From Oscillospiraceae bacterium (GTDB lineage: Bacteria; Bacillota; Clostridia; Oscillospirales; Ruminococcaceae): a DNA stretch of 24,000 bases. The stretch spans positions 282-24,281 of the forward strand of contig JAZOOR010000050.1 of the NCBI GenBank assembly GCA_045655125.1, in the 5' to 3' direction. The notes beneath the pieces were generated by a model that was not told the DNA's origin, ran no database searches, and saw only the letters and a program-made list of their open reading frames with translations. Positions 8,125-15,622 of this stretch are shown here, one piece after another. How positions within the stretch are numbered: the stretch's first letter is position 1; each line of letters opens with the position of its first letter. Position numbers and translations under genes: made by a program.

Positions 8125-10413
8125 ATGAAACAGATTACAGGGCTTGATTTTAAAATTCAGGAAATGGCAGGGCGTATCCGCGAGCTTCGTGAGATTGTCG
8201 GTCTTTCTGCCGAGCAGATGGCAGAGAAGACAGATGTTTCAGTAGAGGAATATCTTCTTTGCGAGGAGGGCAAAAGTGACCTAAACTTTGCCTTCATCTA
8301 TCGTTGTGCTCTGGCTTTCGGTGTTAACGTTACCGATATTATCGAGGGTTACAGCCCTAAGCTACGCTCTTATACCGTTACAAGAAACGGCGCAGGTCAG
8401 CAGATAGCCAATGCCCACGGTATGACCTATTATAACCTTGCATATGCTTTTCAGAACAGAATTGCTGAGCCTCTTTATGTCCGCAGCGCATATGACGAGT
8501 CAGCACAGGGAAAGGATATAGAGCTTACCACCCATTCGGGACAGGAGTGCGATATAGTAATAGAGGGTAACCTTATGGTGCAGATAGGTGAGCATCGTGA
8601 GGTGCTTTCTGCAGGTGACAGCATTTATTTTGACAGCTCCACCCCCCACGGCATGATTGCTGTAAATGGTAAGGACTGTGTTTTCTATGCCATAGTTCTA
8701 AACCCGACGGGTGAGCCTATCCCTGAGTTTGCGGCTAAGCCTAAAATCCCCGAAACCGTTAAAATCCCCGATGATACACGCGAGAGAATTTACCGTAACT
8801 ATACCACCGTTAAAAAGAATGAAAACGGAACCCCCGTTTCCATTGAATTTAAAAATACCGAGAAATTCAATTTCGCCTTTGACCTTGTCGACGCTCTCGC
8901 AGAGCGTGAGCCCGAAAAGCTTGCTATGCTACATATCGACAAAGAGGGAAAGGAGCGCCGCTTTACCTTCTCGGATATCAGCCGCGCCTCAAGTCAGTGC
9001 GCTAACTACTTTAAGTCACTCGGCATAAAGAAGGGCGACCGCGTTATGCTGGTCTTGAAGCGTCACTACCAGTTCTGGTTTGCGACCATTGGCTTAAACA
9101 AGCTTGGCGCTATTGCAATCCCCGCAACAAATCAGCTTCTTGAACACGATTTTGAGTATCGCTTTAAGGCGGCAGGAGTAAACACAATTATCTGCACCGC
9201 TGACGGTGATACTGCTAGAGAGGTAGAGGCGGCCGCCGAGAAGTACGGAAAAATTAAAAACAAGCTTATTGTTAACGGCAAAAGAGAGGGCTGGCGCAGC
9301 TTTGATGAGGAGTACACCCTCTTTAATAACTCCTTTGAGCGCACAGAGGATTCTCCCTGCGGTGATGACCTGCTTCTTATGTTCTTTACTTCGGGAACAA
9401 CAGGGTATCCCAAAATTGCGGCTCATAACCACAAATATCCCCTCGGCCATTTTCACACTGCTAAATACTGGCATAATGTTGATCCCGACGGTCTGCACTT
9501 TACCATTTCCGATACAGGCTGGGCAAAATCTATGTGGGGCAAGCTCTATGGTCAGTGGCTGTGCGAGGCGGCAATATTTGTCTATGACTTTGATAGGTTT
9601 GATGCCGCTGAAATCCTGCCTATGTTTGCAAAGCATAATATAACAACCTTCTGTGCACCCCCCACAATGCTTAGAATGATGGTTAAGCAGGATATTTCTA
9701 AATATGACCTTTCTTCCGTAAAGCATATGACAACCGCTGGTGAAGCACTCAATCCTGAGGTTTACCGTCAATTTGAAAAAGCAACGGGACTTCAGATTTT
9801 AGAGGGCTTTGGACAGACAGAAAGTACAATGATAATAGGAAATATGCGCGGTGCCGCGCATAAGATTGGCTCAATGGGCAAGCCTGCGCCTATTTATGAT
9901 GTAGAGCTTGTAGATGCCGATGGAAACCCTGTGCCCACAGGTGAGCCGGGCGAAATCGTTATCAATGTCAAAAACGGTATGCCCTGCGGTTTATTTACCG
10001 GCTACTATGGTGATGAGGAGAAAACACGCGAAGTTCTGCACGATGGATATTACCATACCGGCGACACCGCCTGGCGCGATGAGGATGGATATTTCTGGTA
10101 TGTCGGCAGGGTTGATGATGTTATCAAGTCCTCGGGCTACCGCATAGGACCCTTTGAGATTGAAAGCGTTATTATGGAGCTTCCCTATGTTCTTGAGTGT
10201 GGTGTATCCGCCGTTCCTGATGAGGTCAGGGGACAGATAGTCAAGGCAAGCATAGTCTTAACAAAAGGCACAGAGGGAACCGAGGAGCTTAAAAAGGAAA
10301 TTCAGAATTATGTTAAGGAGCACACCGCTCCCTATAAATACCCTCGTGTTGTTGTTTTTCGCGATAGCCTCCCCAAAACAGTCAGCGGAAAAATTCAGCG
10401 TAATAAGCTATAA
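8125..10413 (+). CDS. Paralogous fusion protein: XRE-type HTH + cupin + AMP-forming acyl-CoA synthetase (ACSM/MACS-like)
   Basis: The architecture and motifs match 5505-7772: THSGQECDIVIEGNLMV...GDSIYFDSSTPHGM, FFTSGTTGYPKI, GFGQTE, YHTGDTAWRDEDGYFWYVGRVDDVIKSSGYRIGPFEIES and PKTVSGKIQR. GGAGAG lies at 8113-8118. Confidence 0.85.
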   Translation: MKQITGLDFKIQEMAGRIRELREIVGLSAEQMAEKTDVSVEEYLLCEEGKSDLNFAFIYRCALAFGVNVTDIIEGYSPKLRSYTVTRNGAGQQIANAHGMTYYNLAYAFQNRIAEPLYVRSAYDESAQGKDIELTTHSGQECDIVIEGNLMVQIGEHREVLSAGDSIYFDSSTPHGMIAVNGKDCVFYAIVLNPTGEPIPEFAAKPKIPETVKIPDDTRERIYRNYTTVKKNENGTPVSIEFKNTEKFNFAFDLVDALAEREPEKLAMLHIDKEGKERRFTFSDISRASSQCANYFKSLGIKKGDRVMLVLKRHYQFWFATIGLNKLGAIAIPATNQLLEHDFEYRFKAAGVNTIICTADGDTAREVEAAAEKYGKIKNKLIVNGKREGWRSFDEEYTLFNNSFERTEDSPCGDDLLLMFFTSGTTGYPKIAAHNHKYPLGHFHTAKYWHNVDPDGLHFTISDTGWAKSMWGKLYGQWLCEAAIFVYDFDRFDAAEILPMFAKHNITTFCAPPTMLRMMVKQDISKYDLSSVKHMTTAGEALNPEVYRQFEKATGLQILEGFGQTESTMIIGNMRGAAHKIGSMGKPAPIYDVELVDADGNPVPTGEPGEIVINVKNGMPCGLFTGYYGDEEKTREVLHDGYYHTGDTAWRDEDGYFWYVGRVDDVIKSSGYRIGPFEIESVIMELPYVLECGVSAVPDEVRGQIVKASIVLTKGTEGTEELKKEIQNYVKEHTAPYKYPRVVVFRDSLPKTVSGKIQRNKL

Positions 10414-10422
10414 GGTGATATA

Positions 10423-11088
10423 ATGGATTTTAAAAGAATCACTATGCTTTGCGGTCATTATGGCAGCGGAAAAACCAATGTTGCCGTAAATCTCGCACTT
10501 AAAATGGCAGAGAGCCGCGAAAACGTTGTGGCGCTCGATCTTGATATCGTAAACCCCTATTTCAGAACAAAGGATAGTATAAAGGAGCTGAAAGAGGCGG
10601 GAATTCGCCTTATTGCATCCTCTTATGCTAATACCAATGTTGATATTCCCGCGCTACCGCAGGAAATGTATGCAGTAACCGATGATAAGAGTATAACCGC
10701 GGTTTTAGATGTCGGTGGAGATGACAGAGGCGCACTTGCATTAGGCCGCCTTGCCCCCGCCATACTATCCGAAAACGATTATGAAATGCTTATGGTCATA
10801 AACTGCTACAGACCGCTTACAAAAACCGCCAAAGAGACCATTAAGGTTATGCGCGAGATAGAAACCGCCTGCGGCATTAAGTTTACGGGACTTGTCAACA
10901 ACTCAAATCTCGGCGCAATCACAACGCAGGAGGATATAATCGCCTCGCTGCCGTATGCGCAGGAGATTTCCGAAAAAACGGGGCTTCCCCTCGTTTACAC
11001 AAGTGTTCGTGAGGACATTTCTGAGGGACTTATGGAAAAAGTACCAAATCTTTTCCCATTATCCTTGCAGAAAAACCTCTTGATATAA
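10423..11088 (+). CDS. P-loop NTPase of unknown role (SIMIBI-like; Walker A GHYGSGKT)
   Basis: Motifs seen are Walker A GHYGSGKTN, then ALDLDIVNPYF and LDVGGDDRG (Walker B/switch-like). It lies 9 nt after the ligase stop and 31 nt before the ferredoxin gene. The family assignment is tentative. Confidence 0.6.
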   Translation: MDFKRITMLCGHYGSGKTNVAVNLALKMAESRENVVALDLDIVNPYFRTKDSIKELKEAGIRLIASSYANTNVDIPALPQEMYAVTDDKSITAVLDVGGDDRGALALGRLAPAILSENDYEMLMVINCYRPLTKTAKETIKVMREIETACGIKFTGLVNNSNLGAITTQEDIIASLPYAQEISEKTGLPLVYTSVREDISEGLMEKVPNLFPLSLQKNLLI

Positions 11089-11119
11089 CTTTTCGATTTT
11101 ATGAAAGGGAGTAATACAT

Positions 11120-11326
11120 ATGGCAAAACTCACATTTAAAACCGACAACTGTAAGGGCTGCGGACTTTGTATTGATGCCTGCCCCAAGAAGCTCTTGAGA
11201 CTTGCAGCAGACAAAATCAATTTAAAGGGACACCACCCCGCAGAAATTATTGATGAGGCTGCGTGCGTTGGATGTGCATCCTGTGCAATGATGTGTCCCG
11301 ACTGCATTATTAAGGTAGAAAGGTAG
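11120..11326 (+). CDS. 2x[4Fe-4S] ferredoxin, delta-type subunit of 2-oxoacid:ferredoxin oxidoreductase
   Basis: It is 68 aa with two CxxCxxCxxxCP motifs (CKGCGLCIDACP and CVGCASCAMMCP). It sits immediately upstream of the alpha subunit. Confidence 0.85.
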   Translation: MAKLTFKTDNCKGCGLCIDACPKKLLRLAADKINLKGHHPAEIIDEAACVGCASCAMMCPDCIIKVER

Positions 11327-11335
11327 TGAAATAAT

Positions 11336-12403
11336 ATGGCAGATAAAGTTTTGATGAAAGGAAACGAAGCGATAGCAGAGGCTGCAATTTTAGCAGGCTG
11401 CCGCCATTACTTCGGATATCCTATCACTCCGCAAACCGAAATTGCCGCATATATGGCAAAGAAAATGCCTAAAATCGGCGGCTGCTTTTTGCAGGCTGAG
11501 AGTGAAATTGCCGCTATCAATATGGTATACGGTGTTTCCTCTACAGGTAAAAGAGTTATGACCTCGTCGTCATCTCCCGGAATTTCCTTAAAGGGTGAGG
11601 GACTTTCGTATCTCGCAGGTGCTGACCTGCCCGCGCTTATTGTTAATGTTCAGCGCGGCGGACCCGGACTTGGCGGTATTCAGCCCTCGCAGTCTGACTA
11701 TTTCCAGGCTACAAGAGCCGCAGGCCACGGCGACTTTCATATGATAGTCCTCGCTCCCGCATCTGTTCAGGAGATGGCAGAGCTTACTGTAAAAGGCTTC
11801 GAGCTTGCAGATACATACAGAATGACAGCTATGATTTTGGCAGACGGAACTATGGGACAAATGATGGAGCCTGTTTCTCTTGATTTTGATGTTAAGCCTA
11901 TGCCCGCAAAGCCCTGGGCAACTGTTGGAACTAAGATGGAAAGAGAGCACAATATTACAAACTCCCTCTTCCTCGTTCCTGAAGACCTTGAAAAGATAAA
12001 CTTTGAGCGCTATGAGCGCTATAAAAAGATTGAGGAAACCGAAGTTATGTACGAGGAGTATATGATGGAGGATGCCGAAATCTGCATTGCAGCCTTTGGT
12101 ATTGCCGCAAGAGTTTCCAAAAATGCCGTTAATGAGGCAAGAAAAATGGGAATTAAGGTAGGTCTTATCCGCCCTATCACCCTCTGGCCTTTCCCCAAGG
12201 CTCCTTTCAAGAAGGCCGCAGAAAAAGTAAAGCAGATTATCTCTGTTGAACTTTCTATGGGACAGATGATTGAGGATGTCAAGATGGCATCTGAGTGCAA
12301 GGTTCCCGTAACATTAGTAAACCGCGTCGGCGGAATGATTCCCTCGCCCGAGCAGGTTTTAGAGGCAATAGTCGAGGCGGCTAAAAACGGAGGTGCAAAA
12401 TAA
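11336..12403 (+). CDS. 2-oxoacid:ferredoxin oxidoreductase alpha subunit (context suggests branched-chain 2-oxoacid, VOR-like)
   Basis: The N-terminus MKGNEAIAEAAILAGCRHYFGYPITPQTEI and QAESEIAAINMVYG...SSPGISL are typical of OFOR alpha subunits. Substrate cannot be read from the sequence by eye. Confidence 0.85.
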   Translation: MADKVLMKGNEAIAEAAILAGCRHYFGYPITPQTEIAAYMAKKMPKIGGCFLQAESEIAAINMVYGVSSTGKRVMTSSSSPGISLKGEGLSYLAGADLPALIVNVQRGGPGLGGIQPSQSDYFQATRAAGHGDFHMIVLAPASVQEMAELTVKGFELADTYRMTAMILADGTMGQMMEPVSLDFDVKPMPAKPWATVGTKMEREHNITNSLFLVPEDLEKINFERYERYKKIEETEVMYEEYMMEDAEICIAAFGIAARVSKNAVNEARKMGIKVGLIRPITLWPFPKAPFKKAAEKVKQIISVELSMGQMIEDVKMASECKVPVTLVNRVGGMIPSPEQVLEAIVEAAKNGGAK

Positions 12404-13161
12404 TGGCAGTTGTATTTGATAAACCCCATGCATTAACCGATGCTCCTATGCATTACTGCCCCGGCTGTACACACGGTATAGTTCACCGCCTTGTTGCCGA
12501 GGTTATTGATGAATTGGGCATCGAGGGCAGAACTATAGGTATTGCTCCCGTTGGCTGCTCTGTTATGGCTTATAACTATTTTGCCTGTGATATGATTGAG
12601 GCTGCACACGGCAGAGCTCCCGCAGTTGCAACAGGTGTTAAGCGTGCCGACCCCGAAAACCACATTGTTTTCACCTATCAGGGCGATGGCGACCTCGCTT
12701 CAATCGGTATGGCTGAAACTGTTCATGCTGCCGCAAGAAATGAGAATATTACCGTTATCTTTATAAATAATGCTATTTACGGTATGACAGGCGGCCAAAT
12801 GGCTCCCACCTCGCTTCCCGGTCAGGTTACACAGACTTCACCCTACGGCAGAGATACAAGCCACTGCGGTTTTCCCGTTAAGGTTTGCGAAATGCTTTCG
12901 CAGCTTGATGGACCCGAGTACTTAGAAAGAGTCACCGTTAATAATGTTAAGAATATCCGCGCTGCTAAAAAGGCTATTAAAAAAGCTTTTCAGAATCAGG
13001 TAGAGGGCAAAGGCTTCTCACTTATTGAAGTTGTTTCTTCCTGCCCTACAAACTGGGGTATGACACCGGGGGCGGCTCTTAAGTGGATTGACGATAATAT
13101 GCTTCCTTACTACCCTCTCGGTGTGTATAAGGACAGAAGCGCAAAAAAGGAGGAAGAATAA
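12403..13161 (+). CDS. 2-oxoacid:ferredoxin oxidoreductase beta (TPP-binding) subunit
   Basis: Motifs seen are YCPGCTHGIV, the TPP motif GDGDLASIG...NNAIYGMTGGQ, and a [4Fe-4S] cysteine pattern. It overlaps the alpha stop by 1 nt. Confidence 0.88.
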   Translation: MAVVFDKPHALTDAPMHYCPGCTHGIVHRLVAEVIDELGIEGRTIGIAPVGCSVMAYNYFACDMIEAAHGRAPAVATGVKRADPENHIVFTYQGDGDLASIGMAETVHAAARNENITVIFINNAIYGMTGGQMAPTSLPGQVTQTSPYGRDTSHCGFPVKVCEMLSQLDGPEYLERVTVNNVKNIRAAKKAIKKAFQNQVEGKGFSLIEVVSSCPTNWGMTPGAALKWIDDNMLPYYPLGVYKDRSAKKEEE

Positions 13162-13694
13162 TGGCTACAAAACAGTACCTGTTTTCAGGCTTCGGCGGTC
13201 AGGGAATTTTGTTTTCGGGTAAATTCTTAGCCTATAAGGGTCTGACTGAAGGCAAAAATGTAAGCTGGCTCCCCTCATATGGCCCCGAAATGCGCGGAGG
13301 AACTGCAAGCTGTAGCGTTATCATAAGTGATGAGGCTGTAGGCTCTCCTATCGTTTCAAATCCCGATGTTCTTGTTGCTATGAACCTGCCCTCCCTTGAT
13401 AAGTTTGAGGATAGCGTTGCAAAGGGCGGCATTATCATCGCAGATTCCACCCTCATTGAAAGAAAAGTTAAGCGCGATGATGTAACAGTTTACTATGTTC
13501 CCGCCACCCGCCTTGCAAGTGAGAATGACATTCCCACCCTCGCCAATATGATTATTATCGGCAAGCTTATGCAGGCAACAGGCGAGTATAGCGAAGAGGG
13601 CGTAAACACCGCTCTCTCCAAGGTTATTTCGGCAAAACGCGCCAATATGCTTGAAGCAAACTTCAAGGCAATCAAAATCGGCGCAGAGTATTAA
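13161..13694 (+). CDS. 2-oxoacid:ferredoxin oxidoreductase gamma subunit
   Basis: FSGFGGQGILFSGKFLA...SYGPEMRGGTASCSV is the OFOR gamma signature. It overlaps the beta stop by 1 nt. Confidence 0.88.
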   Translation: MATKQYLFSGFGGQGILFSGKFLAYKGLTEGKNVSWLPSYGPEMRGGTASCSVIISDEAVGSPIVSNPDVLVAMNLPSLDKFEDSVAKGGIIIADSTLIERKVKRDDVTVYYVPATRLASENDIPTLANMIIIGKLMQATGEYSEEGVNTALSKVISAKRANMLEANFKAIKIGAEY

Positions 13695-13711
13695 GTCAGG
13701 AGGAAAAGGAA

Positions 13712-14776
13712 ATGCAGATTTCTTTTACAAAAACCACTTGTCCTAAGGAAAAACCCGATAGCAGCAATCTCGGATTTGGTAAAATCTTTACCGACCATAT
13801 GTTTATGATGGATTATTCAAGAGAGAAAGGCTCTTGGTACAATGCAAGAATAGTTCCCTTTGAGAACATTTCTCTGCACCCTGCATCAACAGTTCTTCAC
13901 TACGGCTCTGAGATTTTTGAAGGACTTAAAGCTTATAGAAGAGCCGATGGCAAGGTTCAGCTTTTCCGTCCTATCGAGAATATCCGCAGAATGAACAGCT
14001 CCGCAGAGCGCCTCTGCCTGCCTCAGATTCCCGAGGAGGATGCGCTGCAGGTTCTCACCGAGTTTGTAAAAATTGAGCAGGACTGGACTCCGTCTGCTTC
14101 GGGCACATCCCTCTACCTGCGCCCCTTTATGTTCGGAAATGATGAATCACTCGGAGTTCACGCCGTTCATAATGCTACCTTTGTTATCATAGCTTCACCC
14201 GTTGGCAGCTATTATAAAGAAGGCATCAACCCCGTTAAGATTATGATTGAGGATGAGGATGTCAGAGCTGTCCGCGGCGGCACAGGCTATGCAAAATGCG
14301 GCGGTAATTACGCTGCAAGTAACCGTGCAGGCGAGAGAGCAGAGCAGAAAGGCTATTCTCAGGTTCTCTGGCTCGATGGCGTTGAGAGAAAATATATTGA
14401 GGAAGTCGGCGCTATGAATGTTATGTTCAAAATCGCAGGCGAAATCGTAACCCCCGCACTTAGCGGTTCAATTCTCCCAGGCATCACAAGAAAATCAATT
14501 ATTGAGCTTTTAAATAGCGAAGGCTATAAGGTAAGTGAGAGACTTCTCTCTATCGATGAGCTCGAAAAAGCTCTTGAAAACGGAACACTTGAAGAGGCTT
14601 GGGGCTGCGGCACCGCCGCTGTTGTTTCCCCCATCGGTGAGCTTTGCTACAAGGATAAAAAGTACACCGTTTCGGGCGGCAAAATCGGAGAGGTCACTCA
14701 GCACCTTTACGATACTTTAACAGGTATCCAGTGGGGTAAATTAAAGGATAACTTCGGCTGGACAGTAGAACTCTAA
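13712..14776 (+). CDS. ilvE: Branched-chain amino acid aminotransferase (class IV, long form)
   Basis: Motifs seen are FTDHMF, LHYGSEIFEGLKAYR, YLRPFMFG, GGTGYAKCGGNYAAS, PGITRKS and GCGTAAVVSPI. AGGAGG lies upstream. Confidence 0.9.
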   Translation: MQISFTKTTCPKEKPDSSNLGFGKIFTDHMFMMDYSREKGSWYNARIVPFENISLHPASTVLHYGSEIFEGLKAYRRADGKVQLFRPIENIRRMNSSAERLCLPQIPEEDALQVLTEFVKIEQDWTPSASGTSLYLRPFMFGNDESLGVHAVHNATFVIIASPVGSYYKEGINPVKIMIEDEDVRAVRGGTGYAKCGGNYAASNRAGERAEQKGYSQVLWLDGVERKYIEEVGAMNVMFKIAGEIVTPALSGSILPGITRKSIIELLNSEGYKVSERLLSIDELEKALENGTLEEAWGCGTAAVVSPIGELCYKDKKYTVSGGKIGEVTQHLYDTLTGIQWGKLKDNFGWTVEL

Positions 14777-14780
14777 ATTA

Positions 14781-14813
14781 TAAAAAAGAGAGGGCAGATG
14801 CCCTCTCTTTTTT
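14781..14813. terminator. Intrinsic terminator, potentially bidirectional
   Basis: A 9-bp GC-rich stem AGAGAGGGC (14787-14795) / GCCCTCTCT (14800-14808) has a 4-nt loop. It is flanked by AAAAAA upstream and TTTTT downstream, and sits between convergent ilvE and the minus-strand HTH gene. Confidence 0.85.
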
Positions 14814-14859
14814 AGTGAATAATGAATAATTCTAGTGGCGATTTATGAGTTGCCCGTTT

Positions 14860-15066
14860 TTATTTGTTTATTTGTGGATTATCGGTTCTTTCAAGCAAAT
14901 AATCTATCGAAATGTTAAAATAATCCGCAATTTGTATAAGCTCTTTTATTCCAGGCTCATGCTTACTATTTTCGTATCTACTGATAGTATTTTGAGTTGT
15001 ATTTAAGTCAATAGCCAGTTTTAATTGTGAAATTCCTTTTGATTTTCTGATTTCTTTTAATCTCAT
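14860..15066 (-). CDS. Small XRE/Cro-C1-type helix-turn-helix DNA-binding protein
   Basis: It is 68 aa. RLKEIRKSKGISQLKLAIDLNTTQNTISRYENSKHEP...IADYFNISIDYLL is a textbook HTH_3 pattern. Confidence 0.85.
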   Translation of the reverse strand: MRLKEIRKSKGISQLKLAIDLNTTQNTISRYENSKHEPGIKELIQIADYFNISIDYLLERTDNPQINK

Positions 15067-15083
15067 AAAATTACCTTTTGAGC

Positions 15084-15257
15084 CTATTTGTCTTGCTCTA
15101 AGTCTTCAAGTGCACTCTTAACTGCGGCAACAACAAAGGCTGAAAAAGTACATTCTTTACCAACAATCGCCTTTTCAACCGCCTCTATAACATCATCGGG
15201 AAAACGAATGGATTTATTTGTGGTTGTAGGATTATGCGGAATTTTAAAATTGCCCAT
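15084..15257 (-). CDS. Ribbon-helix-helix (Arc/CopG-like) small protein, 57 aa, absent from the ORF track
   Basis: I translated the minus strand by hand: MGNFKIPHNPTTTNKSIRFPDDVIEAVEKAIVGKECTFSAFVVAAVKSALEDLEQDK. GGAGG lies 8 nt upstream of the ATG (complement of 15266-15270). The KSIRFPDDVIEAVEKA beta-strand/helix pattern looks RHH-like. The gene ends 17 nt before the HTH gene start. Confidence 0.6.
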   Translation of the reverse strand: MGNFKIPHNPTTTNKSIRFPDDVIEAVEKAIVGKECTFSAFVVAAVKSALEDLEQDK

Positions 15258-15271
15258 ACATATTACCTCCG

Positions 15272-15334
15272 TTACAATTTGTAATTATATTGTATTACTA
15301 AATGTGCAATAAATAACTATTGCATTTGTAATGC
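15272..15334. promoter_or_regulatory. Divergent control region with three inverted repeats (candidate operators)
   Basis: The repeats are TTACAA-t-TTGTAA (15272-15284), TGCAATA-n6-TATTGCA (15305-15324) and GCATT-tgt-AATGC (15322-15334). ATTTGTAAT occurs twice (15277-15285 and 15324-15332). A possible + strand promoter is TTGCAT 15320-15325 / TACAAT 15343-15348 with a 17-nt spacer. Confidence 0.5.
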
Positions 15335-15365
15335 GTTAGTGCTACAATAAAGTGGAGGTGAGAAA

Positions 15366-15530
15366 ATGGACGAGTATAAAAAGCCGTGCCTTATATTGTT
15401 TAATGCATTTACCGATGCCAAGAAGAGCCTGATGGAAAACGATATGCTAAGAGCAATAGAAATTCTTGATACTGCACAGATGAAATCTGAGGAAGCATTT
15501 ATTTGCTTTGATGAGCAGCAAAAGGGATAA
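15366..15530 (+). CDS. Hypothetical small protein, 54 aa, absent from the ORF track
   Basis: Hand translation gives MDEYKKPCLILFNAFTDAKKSLMENDMLRAIEILDTAQMKSEEAFICFDEQQKG. A strong RBS GGAGGTG (15354-15360) lies 5 nt upstream of the ATG. I recognise no family. Confidence 0.45.
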   Translation: MDEYKKPCLILFNAFTDAKKSLMENDMLRAIEILDTAQMKSEEAFICFDEQQKG

Positions 15531-15586
15531 CAATAAAAAGAGAGGTTTCTATCTTTGTTTTTACCTTTTGAAATTTTAAAAAACTG

Positions 15587-15615
15587 TTGACAAGGCACAG
15601 ATGCGGTGATATAAT
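15587..15615 (+). promoter_or_regulatory. Sigma-A type promoter P3: -35 TTGACA 15587-15592, 17-nt spacer, extended -10 TGaTATAAT 15607-15615
   Basis: Both hexamers are consensus with a TGn extension. The -35 and about 20 nt upstream are near-identical to P1. Confidence 0.8.
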
Positions 15616-15622
15616 AGGTGCA

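Noticed and set aside
11120-13694. Annotating the OFOR as 2-oxoglutarate:ferredoxin oxidoreductase (TCA-type) or pyruvate:ferredoxin oxidoreductase.
   Set aside because: This is not excluded by sequence, because subunit motifs are shared across OFORs. However, the placement behind a Val-type T-box and directly upstream of ilvE favours a branched-chain 2-oxoacid enzyme. I have left it as a generic OFOR with a context note.
15088-15312. A 74-aa plus-strand ORF.
   Set aside because: It has no RBS. The opposite strand carries a 57-aa RHH-like ORF with GGAGG at the correct distance and a sensible operon partner, so I prefer the minus-strand reading.
15531-15586. A possible terminator after the 54-aa ORF (AAAGA...TCTTT followed by GTTTTT).
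   Set aside because: It has only about 5 AT-rich base pairs around a large loop, which is too weak to call.
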